From Clostridia bacterium (GTDB lineage: Bacteria > Bacillota > Clostridia > Oscillospirales > Acutalibacteraceae): a stretch of DNA of 64,000 nucleotides. Under the pieces are notes generated by a model, which made no database searches, was not told where the DNA came from, and saw only the letters and a program-made list of their open reading frames with translations. The stretch's first letter is position 1. Every line of letters begins with the position of its first letter. A program made the position numbers and the translations under genes. Below are positions 12,029 to 21,627 of the stretch, in pieces. The stretch lies in contig JAGBSO010000052.1 in NCBI GenBank assembly GCA_017631795.1, positions 6,132 through 70,131 of the forward strand. Reading direction: 5' to 3'.

Positions 12029-13693
12029 ATGAAAAAAACACAATGGTACAAAGATGCGGTGTGTTATCAGATCTGGCCCCGTTCATTCTGTGACGGTAAC
12101 GGCGACGGTATAGGCGACCTTGAGGGTGTTCTCTCAAAACTTGATTACCTTAAAGACCTTGGCATCAACTGTATCTGGTTCTCACCCCTTTATTGTTCAC
12201 CCAATGCAGATATGGGTTACGATATCTCAGACTACAGAAATATTTCTCCCGATTACGGTGATAATGAACTTTTCAAAAAGGTGCTTGACGAAGCTCACAA
12301 GCGCGGTATAAAAGTTATCATGGATCTTGTTGTCAACCATACATCAGACGAGCATGAATGGTTTGTAAAGGGTATCGACAAAGACAGCAAATATCACGAT
12401 TACTATCACTGGCGTTACGGAAAAGGCAAAAAACTCCCCAATAACTGGTCTTCACTTTTTGAAGGCAAGGCATGGGAATACAATAAAGATAACGGTCAGT
12501 ATTATCTTCACCTTTTTGCAAAGAAACAGCCTGACCTTAAAATGGAAAATCCCGAAGTCCGCAGAGAAGTAAAGGAAATTATGAAATTCTGGCTTGATAT
12601 GGGTGTTGACGGTTTCCGTGAAGACGTTATCACATTCACATCAAAGAGAGACGGTCTGCCCAACGGTTTCCCCATTCCCCAGGCTTGCGGTATGGAGCAT
12701 TATAAAGACGGTCCCCGTATCCATGAATTCCTTAAAGAATTCAGAGAAGTGCTTAACGAATATGACTGCTTCGTAGTCGGTGAAGCTCCTCTTATGACTC
12801 CCAAAAATGCTCTCAAATATATCGAAGAAAAGCCCGGTCAGGAGCTTGACATGATGTTCCATTTCCAGCACATGGAAGCTGACTGCATCTTCATGGACTG
12901 CCTTAACAAGCCTTTCAGCCTTAAACAGCTCAAGAAAGTCTTCACAAATTGGCAGGATGCACTTTACGGCAAGGCATGGAATGCACTTTACATGGAAAAC
13001 CATGACCATCCCCGTATCATCAACCGTTACGGCAGCGTAAAATACAGAAACGCATCAGCAAAGTCAATCGCAAACTCATATATGCTCCAGTGCGGTACAC
13101 CCTTTATCTATCAGGGTCAGGAAATCGGTATGACAAATATCGATCTTCCCAATGTTGAAGATTATCAGGACGTTTTTGCGGTAAACAACTCAAAGACACT
13201 CAAGCTTCTCGGTTTCTCTGATGAAAAAATCAAGCAGAGACTCAAGACATCAAGCCGTGGTAACGCAAGAACTCCCGTTCAGTGGGATGATACAGACAAC
13301 GCAGGTTTCACAACAGGTGATCCCTGGATGCCCGTAAACCCCAACTATAAAGACGGCATAAACGCAAAGGCAGAAATGGAAAATCCCGATTCTGTTTACA
13401 ATCATTATAAGGCTCTTATCAAATTCCGTAAGGAAAATCCCATTGCAGTTTACGGTGAATATAAAGAATATAATAAATCAAGCAAAGAACTTTATGTTTA
13501 CGAGCGTACATACGAAGGCAAAAAGCTTCTTGTTATCTGTTCATACTCAGAAGATGCAGTAGACTTCAAAGCTCCTGCAGGTTATGACCTTTCAAAGGGT
13601 AAGGCTATCCTTTGCAGCCATAACGACAACCCCGTAAAAGATAACGGATTTACAACAAGACCTTACGAAACAAGAGTTTACTTCTTTGAATAA
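12029..13693 (+). CDS. GH13 alpha-glucosidase (oligo-1,6-glucosidase / trehalose-6-P hydrolase type)
   Basis: 554-aa ORF with WYKDAVCYQIWPRSF, DLVVNHTSDEH, GVDGFREDV, GEAP and ENHDHPR, the conserved regions I-IV of GH13. Confidence 0.9.
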   Translation: MKKTQWYKDAVCYQIWPRSFCDGNGDGIGDLEGVLSKLDYLKDLGINCIWFSPLYCSPNADMGYDISDYRNISPDYGDNELFKKVLDEAHKRGIKVIMDLVVNHTSDEHEWFVKGIDKDSKYHDYYHWRYGKGKKLPNNWSSLFEGKAWEYNKDNGQYYLHLFAKKQPDLKMENPEVRREVKEIMKFWLDMGVDGFREDVITFTSKRDGLPNGFPIPQACGMEHYKDGPRIHEFLKEFREVLNEYDCFVVGEAPLMTPKNALKYIEEKPGQELDMMFHFQHMEADCIFMDCLNKPFSLKQLKKVFTNWQDALYGKAWNALYMENHDHPRIINRYGSVKYRNASAKSIANSYMLQCGTPFIYQGQEIGMTNIDLPNVEDYQDVFAVNNSKTLKLLGFSDEKIKQRLKTSSRGNARTPVQWDDTDNAGFTTGDPWMPVNPNYKDGINAKAEMENPDSVYNHYKALIKFRKENPIAVYGEYKEYNKSSKELYVYERTYEGKKLLVICSYSEDAVDFKAPAGYDLSKGKAILCSHNDNPVKDNGFTTRPYETRVYFFE

Positions 13694-13702
13694 TACTAAA
13701 AA

Positions 13703-13730
13703 AGCTCCATTGAAAAATGGGGCTTTTTCT
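13703..13730 (+). terminator. Rho-independent terminator
   Basis: AGCTCCATT-GAAA-AATGGGGCT hairpin followed by TTTTT. Confidence 0.65.
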
Positions 13731-13743
13731 TGAAAGGTAAAAT

Positions 13744-16008
13744 ATGAACTATCCGAAAAATTTTATCAGAGCAACAACTGAATATACTACTCTTGATAAG
13801 TATATTCCGGCCCCCTTTTTCCGCAGAAGCTTTATTTCAGATGCAGATACTACGGCTCATATCGTGATTACTGCCTGCGGATTTTATGAAATATATCTTA
13901 ACGGAGAGCACTGCACAAAGGGTGCCTTTGCTCCGTATATCAGCAACACAGACCATATTGTTTATTATGATGAATATTTTCTGCCGATAAATAAGGGTGA
14001 AAATGTAATCGGTATCTGGCTGGGCAACGGTTTTCAGAATAACCCCGGCGGATATATCTGGGATTTTGATAAAAACATTTTCAGAGATGCACCGCAGTTT
14101 GCAATGTCCGTAACATGGAAAAATGCAGACGGTGAAGATGTTTCTTTTGAATCAGACGAAAAATTCCTGACTGCACCGTCACCCATTGTCTTTGATGATT
14201 ACCGTTTCGGTGAGCATTACGACGCAAGGCTTGAAAAAACAGGCTGGAATGATGCAGGGTTTGATGATTCGGGCTGGAAAAATGCAATTCCCGCACCGAA
14301 TCCGCGTGGTGAAAAAAGACTCTGTGAAGCTGAGCCGATTGTTGTCACAAAGGAAATCAGACCCGTTTCAATCACAAAGGAAGACGACGGTTACCGCTAT
14401 GATTTCGGCGAAAACTGCGCAGGTGTGTGCAGACTGAATATAAACGGCACGGCAGGTCAGCAGATTGATATGATTCATGTTGAACGCCTTGTCAACGATA
14501 AAATTTCATTCGAAGGTCTGTGGTTTTTCAGGGATGAAGAGCAATATAACCATGACCTTGCAATAATCCACAGGGACATTTACACCTGTAAAGGTGACGG
14601 AAACGAAACATACACACCCCGTTTCACATATCACGGTTTCCGTTATGTACTTGTCAAAGGCATAACTGAAGCTCAGGCAACCGAAGACTTGCTCACTTAT
14701 GTTGTCATGAATTCTGATTTGAAGGAAGTGGGCGGTTTTTCATGCTCAGACGAAATTGCAAACAGACTTCAGGAAATGACAAGACGCAGTGACCTTGCGA
14801 ATTTCTATTATTTCCCCACAGATTGTCCTCAGCGTGAGAAAAACGGATGGACAGCCGATGCAGCACTTTCAGCAGAGCATGTGCTTCTTAATCTTTCCGC
14901 AGAAAAGAGCTACCGTGAATGGCAGAGAAATATCTGCAAAGCTCAGGATGACAAAGGCATGATTCCGGGTATTGTACCCACTGATACATGGGGTTACGGC
15001 AGAGGTCTGGGGCCTGCATGGGACAGTGTGCTTGTATATCTTCCGTATTTCGTGTATGTCTACCGCGGTGAAACGGAAATGATTTATGAATCCGCAAAAG
15101 CTATGACTGCATATCTTCATTTCCTGACCACAAAAAAAGACAAAAACGGACTTGTGAAATTCGGTCTCGGTGACTGGTGTCCCGTGGGCAGAAGAGCAGG
15201 TGATTTCATCGCACCGCTTGAATTCACATCATCCGTCATGGCTATGGATATTGCCGAAAAATCAGCATTTCTCTTTGATGCTGTGGGAATGATTCCTCAG
15301 CGTGATTTTGCAGCTGCAATTGCAAAACAGTTCAAAGCTGATATCCGTGAGAATCTCATTGACTTCGGCACAATGACAGCAATCGGAAACTGTCAGACAA
15401 CCCAGGCAATGGCTCTGTTTTACGGTATTTTTGAAAAAGGCGAATGTCCTGCTGCATTCAGTAAGCTGCTTGATTTTATTCATGCGAAAAATAATCATTT
15501 TGACACAGGTGTGCTTGGAGGAAGAGTTATTTTTCATATGTTGGCACAATACGGTTACAGTGACCTTGCATATAAGATGATCACAGGTCCCGGATATCCT
15601 TCTTACGGTGACTGGGTGATGCAGGGAAGCACAACTCTCTGGGAGCAGTTTGACAGCGACCTTTCACGTGTTTCATCAATGAATCATCATTTCTGGGGTG
15701 ATATCAGCAGCTGGTTCATTCAGTATCTTTCAGGTATCAGAATGAATCCCACACGCAAAAATGTAAACAATGTTGATATTGCACCGTGTTTTGTATCTTC
15801 ACTTGACCATGCCGAAGGTTTTCATATTGCTCCTGCAGGAAAAATCACTTCTTCATGGCACAGAGAAAACGATAAAATAATACTCAGTGTCGAAGTGCCC
15901 GAAAAAATGACAGGCAGAATAAAACTTCCCCAGGGTTTTGCATTTGAAGACGGACACACGGTGAAAATGCTCGCATCGGGTGAATATGCTGTTGTTTTAT
16001 TGTACTAA
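13744..16008 (+). CDS. GH78 alpha-L-rhamnosidase
   Basis: 754-aa ORF with HGFRYVLVKG and FPTDCPQREKNGWTADA motifs typical of bacterial rhamnosidases. Confidence 0.8.
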   Translation: MNYPKNFIRATTEYTTLDKYIPAPFFRRSFISDADTTAHIVITACGFYEIYLNGEHCTKGAFAPYISNTDHIVYYDEYFLPINKGENVIGIWLGNGFQNNPGGYIWDFDKNIFRDAPQFAMSVTWKNADGEDVSFESDEKFLTAPSPIVFDDYRFGEHYDARLEKTGWNDAGFDDSGWKNAIPAPNPRGEKRLCEAEPIVVTKEIRPVSITKEDDGYRYDFGENCAGVCRLNINGTAGQQIDMIHVERLVNDKISFEGLWFFRDEEQYNHDLAIIHRDIYTCKGDGNETYTPRFTYHGFRYVLVKGITEAQATEDLLTYVVMNSDLKEVGGFSCSDEIANRLQEMTRRSDLANFYYFPTDCPQREKNGWTADAALSAEHVLLNLSAEKSYREWQRNICKAQDDKGMIPGIVPTDTWGYGRGLGPAWDSVLVYLPYFVYVYRGETEMIYESAKAMTAYLHFLTTKKDKNGLVKFGLGDWCPVGRRAGDFIAPLEFTSSVMAMDIAEKSAFLFDAVGMIPQRDFAAAIAKQFKADIRENLIDFGTMTAIGNCQTTQAMALFYGIFEKGECPAAFSKLLDFIHAKNNHFDTGVLGGRVIFHMLAQYGYSDLAYKMITGPGYPSYGDWVMQGSTTLWEQFDSDLSRVSSMNHHFWGDISSWFIQYLSGIRMNPTRKNVNNVDIAPCFVSSLDHAEGFHIAPAGKITSSWHRENDKIILSVEVPEKMTGRIKLPQGFAFEDGHTVKMLASGEYAVVLLY

Positions 16009-16142
16009 TCTTAAATATGTCAACAGCTTAAAAATGTAAAATTAAACAAATGCAAAAAAAATTAAAAAAAAGTATGTACAAATTAAAAAAATGGTGTTAA
16101 AATAAATATGTTTTTATACTCAGACAAAGGAGTGCAACACTA

Positions 16143-16826
16143 ATGACAAAGATTTATGAAGGTAAAACAAAAGACGTTTATTCTCTTGAAAACGGCAACG
16201 TAATGCTCAAGTTCAAGGATGACTGCACAGGTAAAGACGGTGTGTTTGATCCCGGTGAAAACAGCGTTGGTCTCACAATCGAAGGTATCGGTAAGGCAAA
16301 CCTTGAAACATCAATCCACTACTTTGAACTTCTCAAGAAAGCCGGCATCAAGACTCACTATGTAAGTGCAAATCTTGACGATGCAACAATGGAAGTTCTC
16401 CCCGGTAAAGTTTTCGGACACGGTCTTGAAGTTATCTGCCGTCTTGTTGCTACAGGCAGCTTCATCAGAAGATACGGTGAATATATTGCAGACGGAACTG
16501 TTCTCGAAGGCGGCTATGTTGAATGCACATTCAAGAACGATGCTCTCGGTGATCCCCTTGTAACAGGTGAAGGTCTTGCAGCTCTCGGTGTAATGACTCC
16601 TGCTATGTTTGAAAACATGAAAGAGCAGACTCTCAAAATCACAAAGATCGTTGCTGATGATCTCAAGTCAATCGGTCTTGATCTCTGGGATATCAAGTTC
16701 GAATTCGGTTACAACAACGACGAAGTTATCCTTATCGACGAAATCGCATCAGGTAACATGCGTGTTTATAAGGACGGCACAATTGTTGATCCCGTTGAGC
16801 TTACAAAGCTTATCCTCAACAGATAA
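16143..16826 (+). CDS. purC: Phosphoribosylaminoimidazole-succinocarboxamide (SAICAR) synthase
   Basis: 227-aa ORF with an N-terminus ([15 protein letters not shown]...) typical of PurC. A good RBS (AAAGGAG) is present. Confidence 0.9.
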   Translation: MTKIYEGKTKDVYSLENGNVMLKFKDDCTGKDGVFDPGENSVGLTIEGIGKANLETSIHYFELLKKAGIKTHYVSANLDDATMEVLPGKVFGHGLEVICRLVATGSFIRRYGEYIADGTVLEGGYVECTFKNDALGDPLVTGEGLAALGVMTPAMFENMKEQTLKITKIVADDLKSIGLDLWDIKFEFGYNNDEVILIDEIASGNMRVYKDGTIVDPVELTKLILNR

Positions 16827-16839
16827 AATTGGTTATTCA

Positions 16840-16872
16840 AAGAAGATTGTCGCAAGGCAGTCTTCTTTTTTA
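16840..16872 (+). terminator. Rho-independent terminator of purC
   Basis: AAGAAGATTGTC-GCAA-GGCAGTCTTCTT hairpin followed by a T-run. Confidence 0.65.
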
Positions 16873-16896
16873 TACCTGAAATAAAAAAAGACCGAC

Positions 16897-16927
16897 GTAG
16901 GGCGGGATCTCGATAAATTATTGTTTG
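16897..16927. repeat. Remnant of a type-A element (partial REP arm fused to terminal repeat)
   Basis: CGTAGGGCGGGATCTCGATAAATTATTGTTTGAC. This is a GTAGGGCGG fragment followed directly by the canonical terminus CGATAAATTATTGTTT. Confidence 0.6.
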
Positions 16928-16980
16928 ACACAATTCTTTTCATTATGTTATAATATACTGAAAATAAAACCACGTGAGGT

Positions 16981-18270
16981 ATGAATATGTCTGTGAAATT
17001 TAAAATTACAAACCCTTATGAAAGCGTAACGGAGCTTATCTGTGAAAAGGAAAACCATTATAAAACAAATCTTCATACACACTCTACATACAGTGATGCA
17101 AACGACACAATGACAAAAATGATAGAAGGCTTCTATGATAATGATTTTGACATTCTTGCCATGACCGAACACGGTATTTTCGGCAAGGAATGGGACAAGG
17201 ATCCGTCAATTATTCCTCTTTATCTTTTTCAGAATCTCTGGCACGGTAAACGTGTTCACCCCACAACTGAGCAGTATAAAGCGATTCTTGCAGGTGCTCA
17301 CAAAACAGAGCAGAACAGCCGTACAAAGTCACGTGGTCTTATGTGTGTGCCGAATTGTATTGAAGCGAATATGTTCACTCTTATGAAAAACCATGTCAAC
17401 GGCTATTTTACCGATGATTCCTGCGAAGGCATCTGCGGTAAAGAGAACGATTTTGAAATCCCCATAAGAAAAATCGAAAAAAGCGGCGGTGTTTCACACA
17501 TCAATCATCCCACAGACTGGCTTCAGTGCAGACTTTTCCCCGATTGTCTTGAAGTGCCCGAAAATGTTGAATTTTTTGCAGACCTTCTCAGAAGATACAA
17601 GTCATGCCTGGGTATCGAAGTGCTTAATATGTTTGACAGACCCAATTATCAGGACAGAATGCTCTGGGATAAGCTGCTGAGAACTCTCATTCCCGAAGGC
17701 AACCGTACAGTATGGGGCTTTGCAAACAGCGATGCACACGAAGTAAGTCAGATAGACACTGCTTTCATGGATTTCATTCTGCCCGGATATTCAGAAAAGA
17801 ATCTTCGCACAGCTATGGAAAACGGCACATTCTTTGCAATTGCACGTTATGCTAAAAACGAGCTGGGTGCAGATTTCGTCGGCAAAGGTGCAGTGCCTCA
17901 GGTCACAAAAATTGCTGTTGACCATGAAAACGGAACAATCACTCTTGCAGGTAAAAACTGCAAGGCAATTGAATGGATTGCAGACGGTGCAGTTATAAAG
18001 GCAGAAACAATTGAAGCAGACGGTGAAATCACATCTGTTATCAATCTCGGTGAATATTCAGAAAAAATCAGCTGTTATGTCCGTGCACAGCTCAAAGGTG
18101 ACGGCGGTATCTGCATGACACAGCCCTTTATCTGCGACAAGGGTGATTTCGACGCAATCAGACGTCCCGTTCCCGTTAAAAAACCTCTTTCAAAGTCCGA
18201 AAAATTCGTAAAAGATTTCTTTGACACAAGACTTGGTGTTATCGTCAATAAATTCAGAGGAAAATGGTAA
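16981..18270 (+). CDS. PHP-domain metallophosphoesterase family protein
   Basis: 429-aa ORF with the motifs NLHTHSTYSDA and NSDAHE. The start may instead be the ATG at 16987, which has better RBS spacing. Confidence 0.6.
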   Translation: MNMSVKFKITNPYESVTELICEKENHYKTNLHTHSTYSDANDTMTKMIEGFYDNDFDILAMTEHGIFGKEWDKDPSIIPLYLFQNLWHGKRVHPTTEQYKAILAGAHKTEQNSRTKSRGLMCVPNCIEANMFTLMKNHVNGYFTDDSCEGICGKENDFEIPIRKIEKSGGVSHINHPTDWLQCRLFPDCLEVPENVEFFADLLRRYKSCLGIEVLNMFDRPNYQDRMLWDKLLRTLIPEGNRTVWGFANSDAHEVSQIDTAFMDFILPGYSEKNLRTAMENGTFFAIARYAKNELGADFVGKGAVPQVTKIAVDHENGTITLAGKNCKAIEWIADGAVIKAETIEADGEITSVINLGEYSEKISCYVRAQLKGDGGICMTQPFICDKGDFDAIRRPVPVKKPLSKSEKFVKDFFDTRLGVIVNKFRGKW

Positions 18271-18271
18271 A

Positions 18272-19231
18272 ATGATGAATCTGACTTTTGATGAATTCTG
18301 CAAAGCAGAGTTCACTCTGTATGAAAATAATCCCGTGCTGAAAAATCCCTTTAACAGTTTTGTGGTTGCAGACCCCAGTCTTCTCACTCCCGATAAGTCC
18401 CATGACGGAAAATATCATCTGTTCTGTCACACCTTTTACGGGGTTTACCGTTACGACAGTGAAAACGGTATTGATTTCAGAAGAGTAAAAAGAATTCTTC
18501 CCAGAGCTATGCGACCGAATATTAATTATATTAACGGTAAGTATTATCTCTTTTATGAAAGAACACAAACTCTTCTGAAAAATGCACTTTCTGTTGTAGG
18601 CGGTAAATGGAAATCAGAAATATTTGTGACCGAATCCGATGACCTTGAAAATTGGAGCAAGCCGAAGCTTGTTATCGGTAAAACAAGACCATTTGAAGCG
18701 GATGAACACGGTCAGTCAATCTCAAATCCCTTTCTTCTTGAAAAAGAAGACGGTTACAGACTTTACTATTCCTGCGGTCAGACTTTTATCAAAGACTGCG
18801 GTTTCTGTGAGCCGACTCATATCAGTTTTGCAGAAAGCAGAAATGCCGATAACGGCTATGTTTCAAGAACTGAGCCTATAATCAGTCCCGATAAGGATAT
18901 CGAATATCTGAACCTTTGCTCTGGCTGTCTGAAAGTTTACAAGCTTGCCGATTGCTACATAGGTCTTCAGAACGGAATCTATATGAAAGACGGCAAAAGC
19001 CACTCTGCAATCATGCTTCTGAAGTCCGATGACGGAGAAAACTTCGAGTTTGTAAAGCCCTTTCTTGAGCCTCAGATGTGCGGTGACAATGAGTGGATGG
19101 CACAGTTTGTCTATGCTTCACATCTCGTTTTTTATAACGGTGCTCTGCGTCTTTATTTCAATGCACGAAATGTTGCAGATATGCTCCGTGGCAGAGAATG
19201 CATCGGTTTTTACGAAGCAAAGATACGTTAA
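18272..19231 (+). CDS. Hypothetical protein, beta-propeller glycosidase-like (GH43/GH32/GH130 superfamily guess)
   Basis: I trimmed the ORF to the ATG at 18272, just after the stop of the previous gene. Repeated YHLF / YYLFYE / YRLYYS / LRLYFN blade-like strands are visible. There is no signal peptide. Confidence 0.35.
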   Translation: MMNLTFDEFCKAEFTLYENNPVLKNPFNSFVVADPSLLTPDKSHDGKYHLFCHTFYGVYRYDSENGIDFRRVKRILPRAMRPNINYINGKYYLFYERTQTLLKNALSVVGGKWKSEIFVTESDDLENWSKPKLVIGKTRPFEADEHGQSISNPFLLEKEDGYRLYYSCGQTFIKDCGFCEPTHISFAESRNADNGYVSRTEPIISPDKDIEYLNLCSGCLKVYKLADCYIGLQNGIYMKDGKSHSAIMLLKSDDGENFEFVKPFLEPQMCGDNEWMAQFVYASHLVFYNGALRLYFNARNVADMLRGRECIGFYEAKIR

Positions 19232-19345
19232 AAATAAGAAAACAATGTTTGTTTTTTTTGAATAATTATATTCCTTTAAGTTTTTAATCTTTATTCGAAT
19301 TTATAATATAATTATAATTGATTAATTAGTATAGGAGATTGTTTT

Positions 19346-20254
19346 ATGAAAAATGAAATATCAATTGGTAAGGATAAATTTTATTATGAAAACAACGGAA
19401 ATTATATTCGAATAACGAAATATAATTATGAGGACGGAACACTTATATTTACAAAAGAAAAAGACGGAAAAAGTTATTTTCATATACACATTCCCGAAAT
19501 CATTGAGGGGCTTCCCGTTCTGGTGGTTGATAAACTTTTTCTGAATGTGGATTACATGCATCACTACAGACACAATGGATACGATGTTGTAAAGTTTCAT
19601 CTTCCGGAAAATACAGCATTTTTGGGATTGAAAAAGGTTCCAACAGGTATGAATAGCGTGTTTGTGCCTAATTTTATAAAAGAGTATTATCCAAGAGAAA
19701 ATCAATTGTTAAGAGCGGATAAGGGCGCTTTTCACTTTTTTGCAAAGAAGATAAACGATACTGTGTGTCAAATTTATGCAATAATAAACGATAATAACAT
19801 AAAAAAAGAGTGGGTGTGGTCAAGGTGGGAGCAAGTGCTTCCACCTGTAGAAAAACTTGTGGTGCCATCTCAAATTGAAGAGTATAACGTATCAGAAATT
19901 TGTGCTGATAGCACCCGTACATTGTCGGAACGAATAAAAGAAGTGCATATCGAAGATGGTATTGAAGTTATAGGAGAAAACTGCTTCTCACACCTTCCGT
20001 TTATTATTGATGTATATCTTCCTGAAAGCATTAAATATATTGGAGCGGGAGCGTTTGGCTATTATATAAAATCTGAATTTTTGGCAGATGTGCCGACATT
20101 GAATGTGCATTATTACAATGAGATGCCAACAGTTGGGGAAAATGCGTTTCTTCGTCATGCGGATAAGGATGAATATGAGGAGTATGCCGATTGGGGCTAT
20201 ATGCATGTAGGAACCACTCATTATGATTATAAAGTAGTTTATAAGAAAAACTAA
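19346..20254 (+). CDS. BspA-type leucine-rich-repeat (LRR_5) protein
   Basis: 302-aa ORF containing IEDGIEVIGENCFSHLPFIIDVYLPESIKYIGAGAFG repeats. The gene is AT-rich. No signal peptide is present. Confidence 0.6.
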   Translation: MKNEISIGKDKFYYENNGNYIRITKYNYEDGTLIFTKEKDGKSYFHIHIPEIIEGLPVLVVDKLFLNVDYMHHYRHNGYDVVKFHLPENTAFLGLKKVPTGMNSVFVPNFIKEYYPRENQLLRADKGAFHFFAKKINDTVCQIYAIINDNNIKKEWVWSRWEQVLPPVEKLVVPSQIEEYNVSEICADSTRTLSERIKEVHIEDGIEVIGENCFSHLPFIIDVYLPESIKYIGAGAFGYYIKSEFLADVPTLNVHYYNEMPTVGENAFLRHADKDEYEEYADWGYMHVGTTHYDYKVVYKKN

Positions 20255-20341
20255 TAACGAAGGCAAACAATAAAAAATAAGACATGGAAAAGAGATATGC
20301 ACCCCATGAGTTGGACACTTTAGGGGTGCATATCAATTTTT

Positions 20342-21505
20342 TTACATCTGTTCAAGTATATAGTTCTTTATATCTTCAAGTCTGCTTTTCTGCCATTCAT
20401 TTTCTTCTGCTTTTTGAGCAAGGGGACAGATTATATAGAAATCGAGTGTTTCGCCCGGTACTCTGCCTGTTCTGAGTGGCTCTGCAAAATGCTCTGCCCA
20501 TTCTTCTTCTGTTGCGTCCTTGAATCTTGCGGGATTCAGATATGTCATCTGACGTTTTGTTGCGGCAATGAGCATCTTTGCGGAAAGCGGTGCAAGAAGG
20601 TTGTATTCTTCCTCCTGAACGTCAACAAAAATTCTCGGAAGATCGCCTTTTACAACATGCTCGGGACCACGCAGAATTTTAAGTCCCATGGGTTCATATG
20701 TGAATTCATCTTCTGTGAAGTTGAGTTTTATAAGAAGACCTATATCTGTGTTGAACTGTGAACGCTGATAATCAGTATCAAAAATAAAATTACCAAGCGA
20801 ATAGAAAATGATTTTGTCGCCGACGGTTTCATAATTCATCGGCACATGAGGATGATGTGCCACAACGATATCAGCACCCATTTCAAGATATTTATGATAT
20901 CTTTCCCTTGTGTAAGGTGATGGCAGGGGAGTGAATTCTTCACCTGCGTGGGCAACAACAATGCACCAACGGCAGGTCTTTTTTATGTCGTCAATTGTCT
21001 GCTGAATTGCATCAAGGTCACTCCAGCTGTAACATCCGGGTTTGTCTGTGTCAGCTTTTCTGCAGGCTCTCTGATAACCCACGCCGAACATACCTATTCC
21101 GCCGGCTTCACGGAGAATTACAGGTTTTCTTGCTTCATCAATATTCATTCCCGCACCGATTGTCTGTGCGCCGAAGTTTTTGGCTTCTCGGAGTGTACAT
21201 CTGATGCCGTATTCACCTGCATCCATGATGTGATTGTTGCAGATGTTCCAGATGTCGGCATTCATTTTCCTTAAAACCTTTGTAGCTGCGGGGTCAATTG
21301 TGTGCAGTAACTGCTGAACACCGCTCTGAGTTGTATTCTGCTCAGCTTCGGCAACAGGCCCTTCCACATTTGCAATAACGTGGTCTGCACTGTGCAGAAA
21401 ATCAAGCACTTCCGAAGACAGAAGCTCTTCATCATCCCACTTGCCGTACATATATCTGTCAAAACCGATGTCACCGGTAAAAACCAACGAAGTCTTATCT
21501 TTCAT
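20342..21505 (-). CDS. CapA/PGA_cap family metallophosphatase-like protein
   Basis: 387-aa ORF with the motifs FTGDIGFDRY, NVEGP, CNNH and VVAHHPHV. Confidence 0.75.
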   Translation of the reverse strand: MKDKTSLVFTGDIGFDRYMYGKWDDEELLSSEVLDFLHSADHVIANVEGPVAEAEQNTTQSGVQQLLHTIDPAATKVLRKMNADIWNICNNHIMDAGEYGIRCTLREAKNFGAQTIGAGMNIDEARKPVILREAGGIGMFGVGYQRACRKADTDKPGCYSWSDLDAIQQTIDDIKKTCRWCIVVAHAGEEFTPLPSPYTRERYHKYLEMGADIVVAHHPHVPMNYETVGDKIIFYSLGNFIFDTDYQRSQFNTDIGLLIKLNFTEDEFTYEPMGLKILRGPEHVVKGDLPRIFVDVQEEEYNLLAPLSAKMLIAATKRQMTYLNPARFKDATEEEWAEHFAEPLRTGRVPGETLDFYIICPLAQKAEENEWQKSRLEDIKNYILEQM

Positions 21506-21627
21506 AATAAAATCCTTTCGGAAAATAAGTTTCTGAAAATATTATATCACTTTCTGAAAATCAATTCAAGCCGGAAAAAACCTCCCGTTGTAATGTAAAC
21601 GGAAGGTTTTGTGTTGGCAGACTATTT

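Noticed and set aside
16009-16142. A purine riboswitch or PurR box upstream of purC, and similarly upstream of guaB at 55112-55167.
   Set aside because: Both leaders are A/T-rich and lack the conserved three-way-junction sequence of guanine/adenine riboswitches. I could find no PurBox-like motif.
20342-21505. A poly-gamma-glutamate capsule locus, suggested by the CapA-like gene.
   Set aside because: No capB/capC (pgsB/pgsC) ligase genes are adjacent. CapA-family metallophosphatase-like proteins frequently occur alone with unrelated roles.
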